NCBI GenBank assembly: GCA_963841435.1
Contig: CAWJCS010000006.1
Coordinates: 256,001-320,000 of the forward strand
Direction of reading: 5' to 3'
DNA from: an uncultured delta proteobacterium
GTDB taxonomy: Bacteria; Myxococcota_A; Polyangia; Polyangiales; Polyangiaceae
DNA length: 64,000 nucleotides
Part shown: one piece after another, positions 63,295 to 64,000 of the stretch
Layout of the letters: every line of letters starts with the position of its first letter
Numbering within the stretch: the stretch's first letter is position 1
The notes under the pieces: model-generated
Databases searched by the model: none
What the model saw: the letters and a program-made list of their open reading frames with translations, nothing else
What the model was told of the DNA's origin: nothing
Translations under genes and position numbers: made by a program

Positions 63295-64000
63295 ATGTCG
63301 AGCCAATCCGTCGCGCTTTTCCTCGCCACGTTGCTCGGGTCCTGTGCGGCAAGCCGCTCGCGGCCGGAGCCGCCCGCCGAAGCGCCCACCGCCGTCCCGC
63401 CCGCGCCGCACGCCGAGGCGCCCCAGGCTGCCGCGCCGGGGCCCAGCGAGCCGCCGGTCGGCGCCGGCGACGCGGTGGCCGCGACCGAGCCGAAGTCGGC
63501 AACGTCGCCGGAGAGCGCGGCGAGCGCCAAGGAAAGCTCGCGGCCGCGCGATCGAGACCCGACGCCGCGCGCCTGCCCTGCCGGCATGCTGCTCGTCGAT
63601 GGCGAGTACTGCACCGACGTCGAGAACAAGTGCAAAAAGAGCTGGTACGACAAGAGCAACAAGAAGACGATCTGCGAGGAGTTCGAGCCTTGGTCGAAGT
63701 GCGTCGGGCAGAAGGTGCCCAAACGCTTCTGCATGGATCGCTTCACGTATCCGAACGAGGCCGGAGCGCGGCCCGAGGTCATGAATCGCTTCCACCAGGC
63801 CGAGCTCAAGTGCGCCGCCGTCGGCAAGCGCCTCTGCACGGAGACCGAGTGGACGATGGCCTGCGAGGGGCCGCGTTACCTCCCGTATCCGTACGGGTAC
63901 GTGCGTGACTCGAACAAGTGCCTGGGTGACGTAACCTGGGATCACCCGAACATGAAGAAGGTCGCCAAGCGCGATCCCGAGGAGCTGGCGCGCCTCTGGA
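63295..64000 (+). CDS. FGE-sulfatase (SUMF1/EgtB/PvdO) domain lipoprotein, 3' partial
   Basis: Lipobox LGSC; CPAGMLLVDG, FCMDR..YPN, GKRLCTE.EW..ACEG, YPYG; runs off the window end. Confidence 0.85.
   Translation, partial: MSSQSVALFLATLLGSCAASRSRPEPPAEAPTAVPPAPHAEAPQAAAPGPSEPPVGAGDAVAATEPKSATSPESAASAKESSRPRDRDPTPRACPAGMLLVDGEYCTDVENKCKKSWYDKSNKKTICEEFEPWSKCVGQKVPKRFCMDRFTYPNEAGARPEVMNRFHQAELKCAAVGKRLCTETEWTMACEGPRYLPYPYGYVRDSNKCLGDVTWDHPNMKKVAKRDPEELARLW

Overview
High-GC chromosomal window whose gene content suggests a myxobacterium (Polyangiaceae/Sorangiineae-like; this is an inference). About 1-18 kb is a signalling cluster: hybrid histidine kinases, two EAL c-di-GMP proteins, a porin + small PBP-like protein + HK + CheR operon, and an IS630 remnant. 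About 19-26 kb holds a Cys-rich VWA-like lipoprotein and a CzcBA-type metal efflux pump. About 26-30 kb is a small integrase-less island bounded by two 33-bp repeats containing the tmRNA 3' end; it carries a PIN TA pair, DUF2442, a receptor-L lipoprotein and a barstar-like gene. Next come ssrA (tag ANDNAIALAA) and a solo groEL. A general-stress block follows (csbD, two glsB/yeaQ, ytxH, pirin, DUF3494 ice-binding lipoprotein, DUF4398-OmpA, XylR/V4R sigma54 activator), with several sigma54 promoter motifs, some predicting near-leaderless mRNAs. The rest contains two identical 197-bp IS701-like MITEs, mscS-cNMP, an ECF sigma/anti-sigma locus, purEK, recCBD and a partial FGE-sulfatase gene. The most striking cross-cutting signal: four single-base frameshifts and about eight Asp->Asn changes at conserved positions (including RecB and RecD Walker B and the RecB nuclease) all fall in GTCGAC or GACGTC. 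This most likely reflects DNA modification at those motifs corrupting base-calls.
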